Shown here piece by piece: positions 1 through 8,603 of a stretch of DNA of 64,000 nt; the stretch's first letter is position 1, and each line of letters begins with the position of its first letter. The stretch spans positions 1 through 64,000 of the forward strand of contig JBIOXB010000213.1 in assembly GCA_044869275.1 (NCBI GenBank). Direction: 5' to 3'. This stretch comes from a bacterium (GTDB lineage Bacteria; Zhuqueibacterota; Zhuqueibacteria; Zhuqueibacterales; Zhuqueibacteraceae). Under the pieces are notes generated by a model. It saw nothing but the letters and a program-made list of their open reading frames with translations, was not told the origin of the DNA and searched no databases. The position numbers and the translations under genes are program-made.

Positions 1-579
1 ATTCATCCTAAAAGCGACCGGTCTGTTTGACATTTTACAAGCCTCGTGCCAATTTTTTGAGATGGAAACGGAACCTAAATAGATAGAAATCAAGAAGAGA
101 ATTTCGGCGCGAAAGGCCTGCTGGGAGGAAGGACGAGGGTATTTTCAGCACAAAGTGGTCGCACGCAGTGTATGATTGCCACAGACTGGCCAAATGTTTT
201 GAAGCGGTCACAGAAATCTTCATTATCGCACACTTGATACAGTGCGCTTGTGCTTCATGCCGTCACCGCAAAGGTGAGTGAGAAAATGATATGCCGCCTG
301 GCCGGCAAGGGGCGAAATCTCCGCAGAAAATGTCGAGTTGAAAGAGCAATTTCGCTGGCGCCGGTATTGTTCCGAAAAAAAATATGTCTGCGCATGCTTC
401 ATCGAAAAGAATGGAACAGAGCGTGCAACGCTTTTTCAGGTCAATTTGCAGGCGTTGCTACAAACGCACGGGCCAATTCCAAAATAGAATTCCACGAGGC
501 AACGGCCTCGAATCTATAAAAAAATCTTCCCCCAGACCAAGTTCTTGTGAACTTGAGCTCTTGAAGGAGTTCCGGACTT

Positions 580-3500
580 ATGCGCGTGGGCAGCTTGTTG
601 GTGCTATTGTACACTTGCTCATTTGCTTCTGAGCCATCCCTTCCCGCCAAGGCGGGATCACCTCGGCAAAACGAATCTTCCGTCCGAATGAGCCATAGGG
701 CTGCCGATTCCTTGCGGCAAGCACTGGGGCTTTCCCCAAACGTGCAGATCGAATGGTTCACCAGCAGCAACGGCATGGATACCATTAGCGTGCTCGACAA
801 TTTCAATCGCGCCGAGCTTGGGCCGGATTGGGCCGCGGACAGTCGCTATTGGGAGATCAAGAACGGCGAGCTCGTGCTGAGCCCGGCAGCCACCAGCGAG
901 TGGCGTTATCTTGCCGTGTTCACCAAGATCGCCAATGACGTCGAGAACAAGATTTTTTCCGTGTCGTATCGCTGGGGCAAGCAGGCGGATGCCCTTGGTA
1001 TTGGCGAGGGCGCGCATGCTTTGCTGTTGAGCAAGCCGGACGTCGATGCCGATGGTTATTGGTGCTGGCGCCGCACCAATCAAATAGCGGTGTGGCTGTA
1101 CGCGATTAAGAACGGCATTTGGGAATACACGCCGGGAGCCAGCAAAGAATACGATCAAGCCGCCGCGCGCACAACGGTTCCCAAAGCCGGCGACGTCGTC
1201 GAAGCAGTGCCGCACCTGGAAGACGATGGCATGTACTTCGACTACTATGTCAATGGCCAGTACGACGCGACCGTGGCCGATCCCTCCAAAGAGTTCGCCC
1301 AGCATTTTCCCTGGTACGCAGGCGTGTTCATTCACGGTCAAGGCCTCAATAATCAGGTTGACGATTTCCGCGTGACGATAACATCACAAGATCCGATCGC
1401 ACCCGCGAGCGTGACCGATTTGAATGCGATCAGCGCGACCCAGACTGCCATTACCCTGGACTGGACGGCAACCGGTGATAATGATTATAGTGGCAACGCC
1501 GCGCGTTATGAGATGCGTTATTCCACCTCGCCCCTCACCCCGGAAAACTACGGCTCGGCCCAGTTGGCGGGAGACCTCCCGGATCCGGGCGACCCGGGCC
1601 AGAGACAGCAAGTAACCGTCGGCGGCTTGCAGGCCTCCCGCACTTATTATTTTGCCATGCGCGTTTTCGATGAAGTTGAAAACGTCAGTGGCATGTCGAA
1701 CGTGGTGGAGGCTCGCACGCAAAACGCGGGCGTGGCCACGGCGTTGCAGTTGATCGAGGGCTGTGGCCAGACCGGTGAAGTGGGCATGGCGCTGGCGCAA
1801 AAGATCGTGGCCAGGGTCTTGGATCAATACAGTGAAGGCGTGCCGGATCACACGGTGCGCTTCGTTATCGTCTCCGGCGACGGCCACCTGCAAGGCTCGA
1901 CCAGTCTCGCGGTGCAAACCGACGGCAATGGCCGCGCTTCTGCCACGTGGACTTTGGGAGGCGCCCCCGGGCAAAACAAAATCGAAATTCGCAGCAGCGG
2001 CCTGACCGGTTCGCCGATTGCTTGCACTGCGAACGCGGTCACCGGTTCCGCGTCCCAGGTGACGGTGACTTCGAATCATCGTACGCTCTATACGGTGAAC
2101 AGCGACACCGATCCCATTGTCGTGCGAGTGGCGGATGCATTTGGCAACCCCGTAGCTGGAGGGGCCGTGAGTTTCGTTGTGATCAAGGGCCAGGGTTATT
2201 TGCTCGAGGGACAATCGCCTGAACGAAAAACTTATCAAACCCAGGCGGACGCCGGCGGCCTGGCACGTGTGACCTTGAATACCGGCGCAGTTTTTGGCGA
2301 TACCACGAAAATTTCCATCACTGCAGCCTCGCTCAGCAGCCCTGCAACGGTACAGCCGCCGCCGCATGTGGTGGCGGCGCCGCCGGATTCCGTGGTCGCC
2401 GTCAGCGGCAATCTGCAAACCGCTTTGCGCAACACGGTGCTCCCCGCGCCGCTCAAGGTGCGGATATTGGATTTGACCGGCGCGCCGGCCGCGGGCTATC
2501 CCGTGACCTTTACCATTCTCGCGGGCGGCGGCCAGTTGAACAATGGTACGGCAGAAATGCAAACGATCACGGATGGCGAAGGCTTTGCCCAGGCCACGCT
2601 GAAATTGGGCCCGCAAGCTGGTAGCAACCGTGTTCGGGCACGGGCGCTGTTCAAGGGCAGAGCCTTACGCAACTCCCCGTTCGTTTTCAACGCCACGGCC
2701 GAGGCCGGCGCGATCAGCCCGAGCTTGTCCGCGCTCATGGTTTCGCCTCTTTCGGGATTGCTCGCAGACAGCGTAAGCGCGGCCCTGGTGACGGTCGCGA
2801 TTTATGATGAATACAATACTCCCGTGTCCGGCAAAACCGTGCGCATCAGGGTGGAGGGGGAAAGAGTCTTCATCAAGCAGCCTTCTGCGCCGACGGATCA
2901 AAACGGCGAGGCCACGGCGGAAGTGCGTTCCAAAAAGCCCGGCTTCAAGGTGATTTCGGCGGTGGTGTTGCCGGAAAGTGTCGCGCTCCTTGATTCCGTG
3001 CGCGTGCGCTTCAATGAAATTGCCGCGGCGCGCATGCGGCTGTTGAGTGGCAACAATCAATCCGCGCCGGTGAGCACGATCTTGACGCAACCGGTGGTGG
3101 TGGAATTGTTCGACAAATTCGGCAACGCGCCGCGGCCGACGAGCGTCACGTTCACGGTGCTATCGGGCGGCGGCACGATCATTGGTTTTCGCAATGTCAC
3201 CACCGATAGTAAAGGCCAGGCGCGCGCCGTATGGCAATTGGGCGCCACCGCGGGCGAGCAGAGACTCGAAGCGAGCGTGAGCACTTTACCAGGCTTGCTC
3301 GTGACTTTCACGGCGAATGCCACCATCATCAGCGGCATCGAGGAAAACCCGCACGGCGCCATTCCCACGGCATTCGCGCTGCTGCCCAATGCGCCGAATC
3401 CGTTCAATCCCGAAACCAACATCTATTTCGATTTGCCCGAAGCTTCTGAAGTCGAAATGGAGTTGTATGATTTGAACGGCCGCTTCGTGGCGAGATTATT

Positions 3501-3663
3501 CAGCGGACAGAAGCCGGCAGGCCGGCATCACGTGCGCTGGAGCGGCCGCGACCATCGCGGCCAGCAGATGGAATCGGGCGTTTATATCTATCGCTTGCGC
3601 GCGCGGCACGGGCGCGGCCATCAGGAGTTCGTGGCGATGCGGAAGCTGACGCTGCTAAAATGA
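580..3663 (+). CDS. Secreted surface protein: N-terminal beta-rich domain, fibronectin type III domain, several bacterial Ig-like (Big-1-type) repeats, C-terminal FlgD-Ig/T9SS type A-like sorting domain
   Basis: 1027-aa ORF; FN3 motif (LDWTATGDN..Y.MRYS..GLQASRTYYF); repeated 'SGN.Q...G..L..P..V.V.D..G.P....V.F....GGG' units; C-terminal LLPNAPNPFNPETNI...SGVYIYRL...KLTLLK. Confidence 0.8.
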   Translation: MRVGSLLVLLYTCSFASEPSLPAKAGSPRQNESSVRMSHRAADSLRQALGLSPNVQIEWFTSSNGMDTISVLDNFNRAELGPDWAADSRYWEIKNGELVLSPAATSEWRYLAVFTKIANDVENKIFSVSYRWGKQADALGIGEGAHALLLSKPDVDADGYWCWRRTNQIAVWLYAIKNGIWEYTPGASKEYDQAAARTTVPKAGDVVEAVPHLEDDGMYFDYYVNGQYDATVADPSKEFAQHFPWYAGVFIHGQGLNNQVDDFRVTITSQDPIAPASVTDLNAISATQTAITLDWTATGDNDYSGNAARYEMRYSTSPLTPENYGSAQLAGDLPDPGDPGQRQQVTVGGLQASRTYYFAMRVFDEVENVSGMSNVVEARTQNAGVATALQLIEGCGQTGEVGMALAQKIVARVLDQYSEGVPDHTVRFVIVSGDGHLQGSTSLAVQTDGNGRASATWTLGGAPGQNKIEIRSSGLTGSPIACTANAVTGSASQVTVTSNHRTLYTVNSDTDPIVVRVADAFGNPVAGGAVSFVVIKGQGYLLEGQSPERKTYQTQADAGGLARVTLNTGAVFGDTTKISITAASLSSPATVQPPPHVVAAPPDSVVAVSGNLQTALRNTVLPAPLKVRILDLTGAPAAGYPVTFTILAGGGQLNNGTAEMQTITDGEGFAQATLKLGPQAGSNRVRARALFKGRALRNSPFVFNATAEAGAISPSLSALMVSPLSGLLADSVSAALVTVAIYDEYNTPVSGKTVRIRVEGERVFIKQPSAPTDQNGEATAEVRSKKPGFKVISAVVLPESVALLDSVRVRFNEIAAARMRLLSGNNQSAPVSTILTQPVVVELFDKFGNAPRPTSVTFTVLSGGGTIIGFRNVTTDSKGQARAVWQLGATAGEQRLEASVSTLPGLLVTFTANATIISGIEENPHGAIPTAFALLPNAPNPFNPETNIYFDLPEASEVEMELYDLNGRFVARLFSGQKPAGRHHVRWSGRDHRGQQMESGVYIYRLRARHGRGHQEFVAMRKLTLLK

Positions 3664-3717
3664 GCCTCAATCACGTGAAATAAAATATTGTTGCGGTATT
3701 CGCCGAAGTGCTCGAGA

Positions 3718-4434
3718 TCAAACGCCGGTCAAAATCTTTCGGCTTTCCTCCCCTTCATTCAAGATCAAATCCAGTATCGACAGATGGGGAATGAATTCCC
3801 CAAACTGCTGATGATATATCGGACCTGCGAATTCACTGATCTTCACAGCAACTCCCGCCTCCTCAAATTTCTCTAATTCCAGAAGTTCTCCTTCGTGGTT
3901 ATCGCAAAGATAGGCGTTGCCCTCAAGTTCTTTCAACCATGCGAGGAGGCGCTCGCTACCTCGCCCAGTCGCGCTGAGGGCCGAGCTGCGCACCAGCCGG
4001 CAATTGATTTGCAAAGCTCCACACACCCATTGCAGTAAAGCCAAATTAAACCCAGCCAGGTTTTCCCACTGTTTCTGAAAAAGGGATTCGAGCGCGTGCG
4101 CATATTTTTCAAAATATGCCGCGCGGCAATAATTGGCAACGAGCGCCTGCCAATGTTTGTGCCGCCAGTCATTGTTCTCGAGAATTTCAACCGCATTTAT
4201 TTTCTGCCCGAAGCGGCCTTGGGTGCGCACCGGTACGGTGAGCCACTGCGCGCCGTTCGCGGTCTTGATGCGGCAGCGGTTGATGAAAGCGTGCTTGCTG
4301 AATTGCAAATCATCGCCCAAAACGAAAATATCCGCCCGCGCCACTTTATGGAAATACGCGAGTGCGGGAAAATACTGCGGCGTTTCCGCCGCGAGGACGA
4401 GGGAGTGATCCGGCGTTTGTTTCATGAGCCTCAT
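3718..4434 (-). CDS. WbqC-like family protein
   Basis: Motifs PQYFPALAYF..ADIFVL.DDLQF....NRC.I......WLTVPV and YHQQFGEFIPHLSILDLILNEG; start is probably ATG 4434 or 4425, not the ORF-track 4587. Confidence 0.85.
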   Translation of the reverse strand: MRLMKQTPDHSLVLAAETPQYFPALAYFHKVARADIFVLGDDLQFSKHAFINRCRIKTANGAQWLTVPVRTQGRFGQKINAVEILENNDWRHKHWQALVANYCRAAYFEKYAHALESLFQKQWENLAGFNLALLQWVCGALQINCRLVRSSALSATGRGSERLLAWLKELEGNAYLCDNHEGELLELEKFEEAGVAVKISEFAGPIYHQQFGEFIPHLSILDLILNEGEESRKILTGV

Positions 4435-4608
4435 GCGATTGAAAAGGTCTGCACGCGCCATGTCATTCTGAAAGAATCTCTTTGAGCAGCGAGCACTGTG
4501 CTGGTGCGACAATGCGGGCCGTTCAAATGATATCTCACGGTTGTCCGAAATATTACAACCTAGTGAATTTCTCACCAGATGCAACAACGCACGCGAGGCG
4601 TTTTATGG

Positions 4609-4625
4609 TTGGCATCAGCTTTGCG
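4609..4625 (+). promoter_or_regulatory. Putative sigma-54 (-24/-12) promoter for the cytochrome cluster
   Basis: TTGGCATCAGCTTTGCG: GG(4611-12)-N10-GC(4623-24), one mismatch to TGGCAC-N5-TTGC; about 175 bp upstream of ATG 4798. Confidence 0.55.
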
Positions 4626-4797
4626 CAAAGCAGGGAGAGGCAAGCATGGCCGTCCAGTTAACTGCAAAAGTTTTCAACGCGATCGGTGCAAGAACGGGCA
4701 CGGGTCCGCGGTAAAAACCGTAATCACTTACGAATTCGAAAGCTCATTGTCCTTGCGTGAGAACAATTTGTTGCAAAGAATTTAAATTTTGGCTGCG

Positions 4798-5670
4798 ATG
4801 AAATACCTCTCTCCGAAAAAATGGCTGCAGGTTTTATTCGGCGCGCGCCTGGCGCATTGGGTCGATTCGCCGTCCTGGTATCGTATGTTCGCTGCCGGCG
4901 TTGTTGCGTGTGGCGTGGCTTATGGCTTGAATTGGACTCTGGCCGAAATCCGCCCTTACAACGCCTGGGGCTTGACTTACGGCACGCTCGCCGCGATCCT
5001 GATGGCGGGCGCGGGATTGCTGGGCGTGCGGCGCCGCATGAATCGCATGGCCCTGAGACTCAACTTGGGAAAGGCCCAACCCTGGCTGCAATTTCATATT
5101 TATGGCGGCACACTGGCGGCAGTGCTGATGTTCATGCACACCGGCTTCAAAATTCCGCACGGCGTGCTGACGTGGTGGCTCTGGATGTTGTCGATCATTG
5201 TCACGGCCAGCGGCATGCTGGGCGTAATCCTGCAGAAGTGGATTCCAAAAATTCTCAGCTCGGGTTTGGCGATCGAAGTTTTGTACGAAAGAATTCCGGA
5301 GCTGATCGTCGAGCTGCGCGAAAAAGCCAATGAGGTGATTCAAACCTGCACTGAGCCGGTGAAGGAGTTCTATCGCAAAGAAGTTGCCGTCGCTTTGGCC
5401 CGGCCGCAGCCGCGTTTTATTTATTATATCGACATCACCGGCGGCATTCATACGCGCGTCAAGCAATTCGACTATTTGCGCGGTTTGCTGGCCGCGGGTG
5501 AAAAACAGAAACTCGATCAATTGCAGAATTTCTACAGAACCAAGCTCGAAATCGACGCGCATTACACCCTGCAGCGCACGCTGCGCTGGTGGTTGTTTCT
5601 GCACGTGCCGCTGTCGCTCGTGGTGCTGGTGTTGCTGGGGATTCATTTGTTGTCGGTGTGGTATTATTGA
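4798..5670 (+). CDS. Polytopic membrane protein, putative di-heme b (ferric-reductase-like) transmembrane protein
   Basis: Several hydrophobic helices; two His-x13-His pairs (QFH..FMH, codons 5095/5137; FLH..GIH, codons 5602/5644). Confidence 0.6.
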   Translation: MKYLSPKKWLQVLFGARLAHWVDSPSWYRMFAAGVVACGVAYGLNWTLAEIRPYNAWGLTYGTLAAILMAGAGLLGVRRRMNRMALRLNLGKAQPWLQFHIYGGTLAAVLMFMHTGFKIPHGVLTWWLWMLSIIVTASGMLGVILQKWIPKILSSGLAIEVLYERIPELIVELREKANEVIQTCTEPVKEFYRKEVAVALARPQPRFIYYIDITGGIHTRVKQFDYLRGLLAAGEKQKLDQLQNFYRTKLEIDAHYTLQRTLRWWLFLHVPLSLVVLVLLGIHLLSVWYY

Positions 5671-5678
5671 GTTGAAAA

Positions 5679-5707
5679 CTCGTTCCCAAGCTAAGTTTGG
5701 GAACGAG
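5679..5707. repeat. REP-like palindrome (CTCGTTCCCAA..TTGGGAACGAG family)
   Basis: Perfect 11-bp stem, intergenic; relatives at 26409-26447, ~11027-11047 and ~19149-19167. Confidence 0.7.
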
Positions 5708-5754
5708 ATGGATACAAGCAAGAAGCAGGGACGCTCATCTTTCAATCTTAAACC

Positions 5755-7380
5755 TTGACTGTGGAAAAGGAAAACGGCAAGAAACCCAAAGGCACCTTCG
5801 GCGGGCGGTTGCTCTCAGTTGCAAAAGAGTATGTTTTTCCCGATGCCCGCCGCGCGGCAATCGTATTGGGTTCATTGGCGGGGCTGGCAAGCCTGGCATT
5901 TTTCGCGGCGGATTTTTTTATGCTCAAAAAGAGCCTCACCGCCAGCGGCCCGGTGTCCTCTTATCACGCCAAATTTGAAAAGGATTGCAACTCCTGCCAC
6001 GAGCCGTTCGGCGCCGTGACCAATGCGAAATGCTCGGTGTGCCACGAAAAAACCGGCGACGAGCTGGGTGTTTACACTTTTGTTGCGCATCAAATCTATC
6101 GCTCCGGCGAAGCCAGCCGCATCAAAGCCGCGACGGAAGAGGAAACCAGCGAAACCGCTTGCGTTCTTTGTCATCAAGAGCACCAGGGCCGCAACGCCTT
6201 CATCACCAGTGTGCCGGACACGCGCTGCATCAACTGCCACGTCTATGGCTCGTTCAACGTGAACCATCCGCAATTCGATTTTGTAGCGGAAAAAATACCG
6301 GACGACTCGACGCTGAAGTTCACGCATATCAAACACGTGAAAGACGTGATGAAGCGTGAAAAGCTGGTTGACGTTGAGCGCGCGTGCTTGTATTGCCACA
6401 ATCCACAGCCGGACGGCAGACATTTCGAGCCCATCGCTTTTGAGACGCATTGCCAGGCCTGCCATCTCACCGGCAACGTCGCAACCCCGGCGATGAAGAT
6501 CAAAAACCCGCTCGACTTCATGACTCCGGGCGTGGAAACTCTGGAAACGTTGCGCGCGCGCGGCGGACTCACGGCGGCGCGGCTGCGTTTCGTGAGCGCG
6601 AGCGATTTCACGACCAAGCCGGGAGATCGTATGGTCAAATCTCCCGTGCGCCATGAAGATGCGTGGATTATGGAAAACCTGCAACGGGTGCGGCAAACGC
6701 TGCTGGGCGAAAATGATTTCGATGATTTGGTGAAGGCTTCCGGCAAGCTGCGCGCGCAAAACAGCGCCGGGTTTTCAAAGGCAACTTATCAAGAGGCGCT
6801 GGACCTGCTGGAAAAATATGCCGAGGCGTTGCGCAGCCGCCCGGAGCGCGAGGTGCAACTCGAATTGGTCAAGATCGATTCCTTGGTGAAGGCCACGCGC
6901 AACAAGTTGCGCCAGCAGCCGGTGGTTTTGAAGGAAATGGCCTTGGTGCCGCCGCCGAGGCAAATGAATGCGGCATTGCTGCCGGCTCAGATCGAAGATC
7001 TCAATGCCCTGGCAGACAATCTCACCAAGCCTTGCCAGGAATGCCATACAGTTGCAAATGCCAGCATTCAGCGCGTGCAAAAAGAGCAACAAATTCTCGC
7101 GCGTGCGGAGTTCAATCATCGCGCACACATTTTGCAGCGCCGTTGCCTGGAATGCCACACCGGAATTCCAATTCTGCCGCCCGGAAATACCTCGCCGCCC
7201 AGCGGCGAAACCAAACCGGCGCCGGCCTGGCAAGATCGCGCGGCGATTCAGAACATTCCGGGGAGGGAAAACTGCCAGCACTGCCACAACCCGGCGGAGA
7301 CCTCGAATCGCTGCGTCACGTGCCATTATTTTCATCCGAACAAAACGCAGCGGGCAAGCATGTTGCTGTACTTGGATTGA
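5755..7380 (+). CDS. Membrane-anchored multiheme cytochrome c (10 CxxCH; cytochrome c3-like)
   Basis: CNSCH, CSVCH, CVLCH, CINCH, CLYCH, CQACH, CQECH, CLECH, CQHCH, CVTCH; N-terminal TM helix; start codon uncertain (TTG 5755 or GTG 5761). Confidence 0.9.
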   Translation: MTVEKENGKKPKGTFGGRLLSVAKEYVFPDARRAAIVLGSLAGLASLAFFAADFFMLKKSLTASGPVSSYHAKFEKDCNSCHEPFGAVTNAKCSVCHEKTGDELGVYTFVAHQIYRSGEASRIKAATEEETSETACVLCHQEHQGRNAFITSVPDTRCINCHVYGSFNVNHPQFDFVAEKIPDDSTLKFTHIKHVKDVMKREKLVDVERACLYCHNPQPDGRHFEPIAFETHCQACHLTGNVATPAMKIKNPLDFMTPGVETLETLRARGGLTAARLRFVSASDFTTKPGDRMVKSPVRHEDAWIMENLQRVRQTLLGENDFDDLVKASGKLRAQNSAGFSKATYQEALDLLEKYAEALRSRPEREVQLELVKIDSLVKATRNKLRQQPVVLKEMALVPPPRQMNAALLPAQIEDLNALADNLTKPCQECHTVANASIQRVQKEQQILARAEFNHRAHILQRRCLECHTGIPILPPGNTSPPSGETKPAPAWQDRAAIQNIPGRENCQHCHNPAETSNRCVTCHYFHPNKTQRASMLLYLD

Positions 7381-7454
7381 GAGAGCCTATTCCGCAGATG
7401 ATTTGTGGGGACGATTCGCGGGTCGTCTCTACGAGGTTCACAAGGAGCGTGATA

Positions 7455-8465
7455 ATGAGAGCGAAATTGTATTGCAAAACCGGCCTTCTGGCCGGTGCCA
7501 AATATGAATTCTCGCAAGGCGCGAGCATCGGGCGCAGCGGTGTCAACTCCATCGTGCTCGAGCCGCCATTGATTTCTGACGAGCACGCGCGCATTTTTTT
7601 TGATGCCAAACAAGGCGCCTATTTTCTGGAAGACATGGGCAGCCGCAACGGCACGTTTCTCGACGGCATACGCGTTGCCCGCCGTGAAAAATTGGGCGCG
7701 CTGCACGTCATTACCCTTGCCAGGAAATTCGACTTCATTTTTCAAATCGTCGCTGCCAAGCCGCCGGCCCCAGCAACGCCCCAGCCGGCGCAAGCAGAAG
7801 AGCTGCGCACGCCTCGCCAGGGGCAGCAGGCGCCGCCGGCGCAGAGCCACAAATCCGTACCTCCCGTTGAAGCAAAATTTGTGCGCGATCCCGCCGAGGA
7901 AAAAAGAATTCTCAGCCGCCCGGTTTGGAATGCCTCGCCGATTCGCGGCAAGAAAGACGGGAATGAAAACGAGGCTGTGTCCGAAAACGTCGCCGCTAAA
8001 GTCAAGCCTCGACCGGTGGTGCGCAAGCCTACCAACGGCAAAACCTTGATCGAAGAACTGCTGAAACAGGCACCGCGCGCGCCGAAAATGACGGAAGAGC
8101 AAGAGAATGGCGCCACGATGGTCGAGGCTCTCGGCCACGCGCCCCGCCGCACCGCGCTCGGGTCGCCCAAGCCGGTTTTGCATTTGGAGGCCGGAGCCAA
8201 TGGCGCAAAACAAATCTTCGCGCTCAAAGAAGGCGAGAATTTTATCGGCCGCTCACCGCTCTGCGAAATCTGCATCGATGATCCCTCCATTTCACGCAAG
8301 CATGCGGTGCTGCACATGGAGGCCGGCAAAGTGTGGGTGAAAGATTTGGGCAGCCGCAACCATACCTATGCCGGCGGAGCGACCGTGGCGGTGGAATTGG
8401 AAGTGACGAAAGATACGATGCTGCGCTTCGGCACGGTCGAGGCGAAGTTGGTGGAGATTGGGTAG
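7455..8465 (+). CDS. Double FHA-domain protein with Pro/Ala-rich linker
   Basis: AGGAG RBS before ATG 7455; FHA1 IGR..ISDEHA..DMGSRNGT; FHA2 IGR..SISRKHA..DLGSRNHT. Confidence 0.9.
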   Translation: MRAKLYCKTGLLAGAKYEFSQGASIGRSGVNSIVLEPPLISDEHARIFFDAKQGAYFLEDMGSRNGTFLDGIRVARREKLGALHVITLARKFDFIFQIVAAKPPAPATPQPAQAEELRTPRQGQQAPPAQSHKSVPPVEAKFVRDPAEEKRILSRPVWNASPIRGKKDGNENEAVSENVAAKVKPRPVVRKPTNGKTLIEELLKQAPRAPKMTEEQENGATMVEALGHAPRRTALGSPKPVLHLEAGANGAKQIFALKEGENFIGRSPLCEICIDDPSISRKHAVLHMEAGKVWVKDLGSRNHTYAGGATVAVELEVTKDTMLRFGTVEAKLVEIG

Positions 8466-8560
8466 TAGATCGTAGATAGTGGATCGTAGATCGTGGATAG
8501 TAGATCACCTATAAGCAGCCTATTCGATCCACCATCCACTATCTACGATCCACGATCCAC
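8464..8560. repeat. Inverted array of heptamer tandem repeats (TRGATMG / CKATCYA)
   Basis: tagatcg tagatag tggatcg tagatcg tggatag, followed by complementary cgatcca ccatcca ctatcta cgatcca cgatcca. Confidence 0.8.
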
Positions 8561-8603
8561 TGCCCCACGAGCTCAAGCATCGCCATTCAAAAAGGACTTT
8601 GAA

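Noticed and set aside
7032..7454. N-terminal extension of the FHA ORF
   Set aside because: Overlaps the cytochrome gene; a clear RBS and ATG exist at 7455
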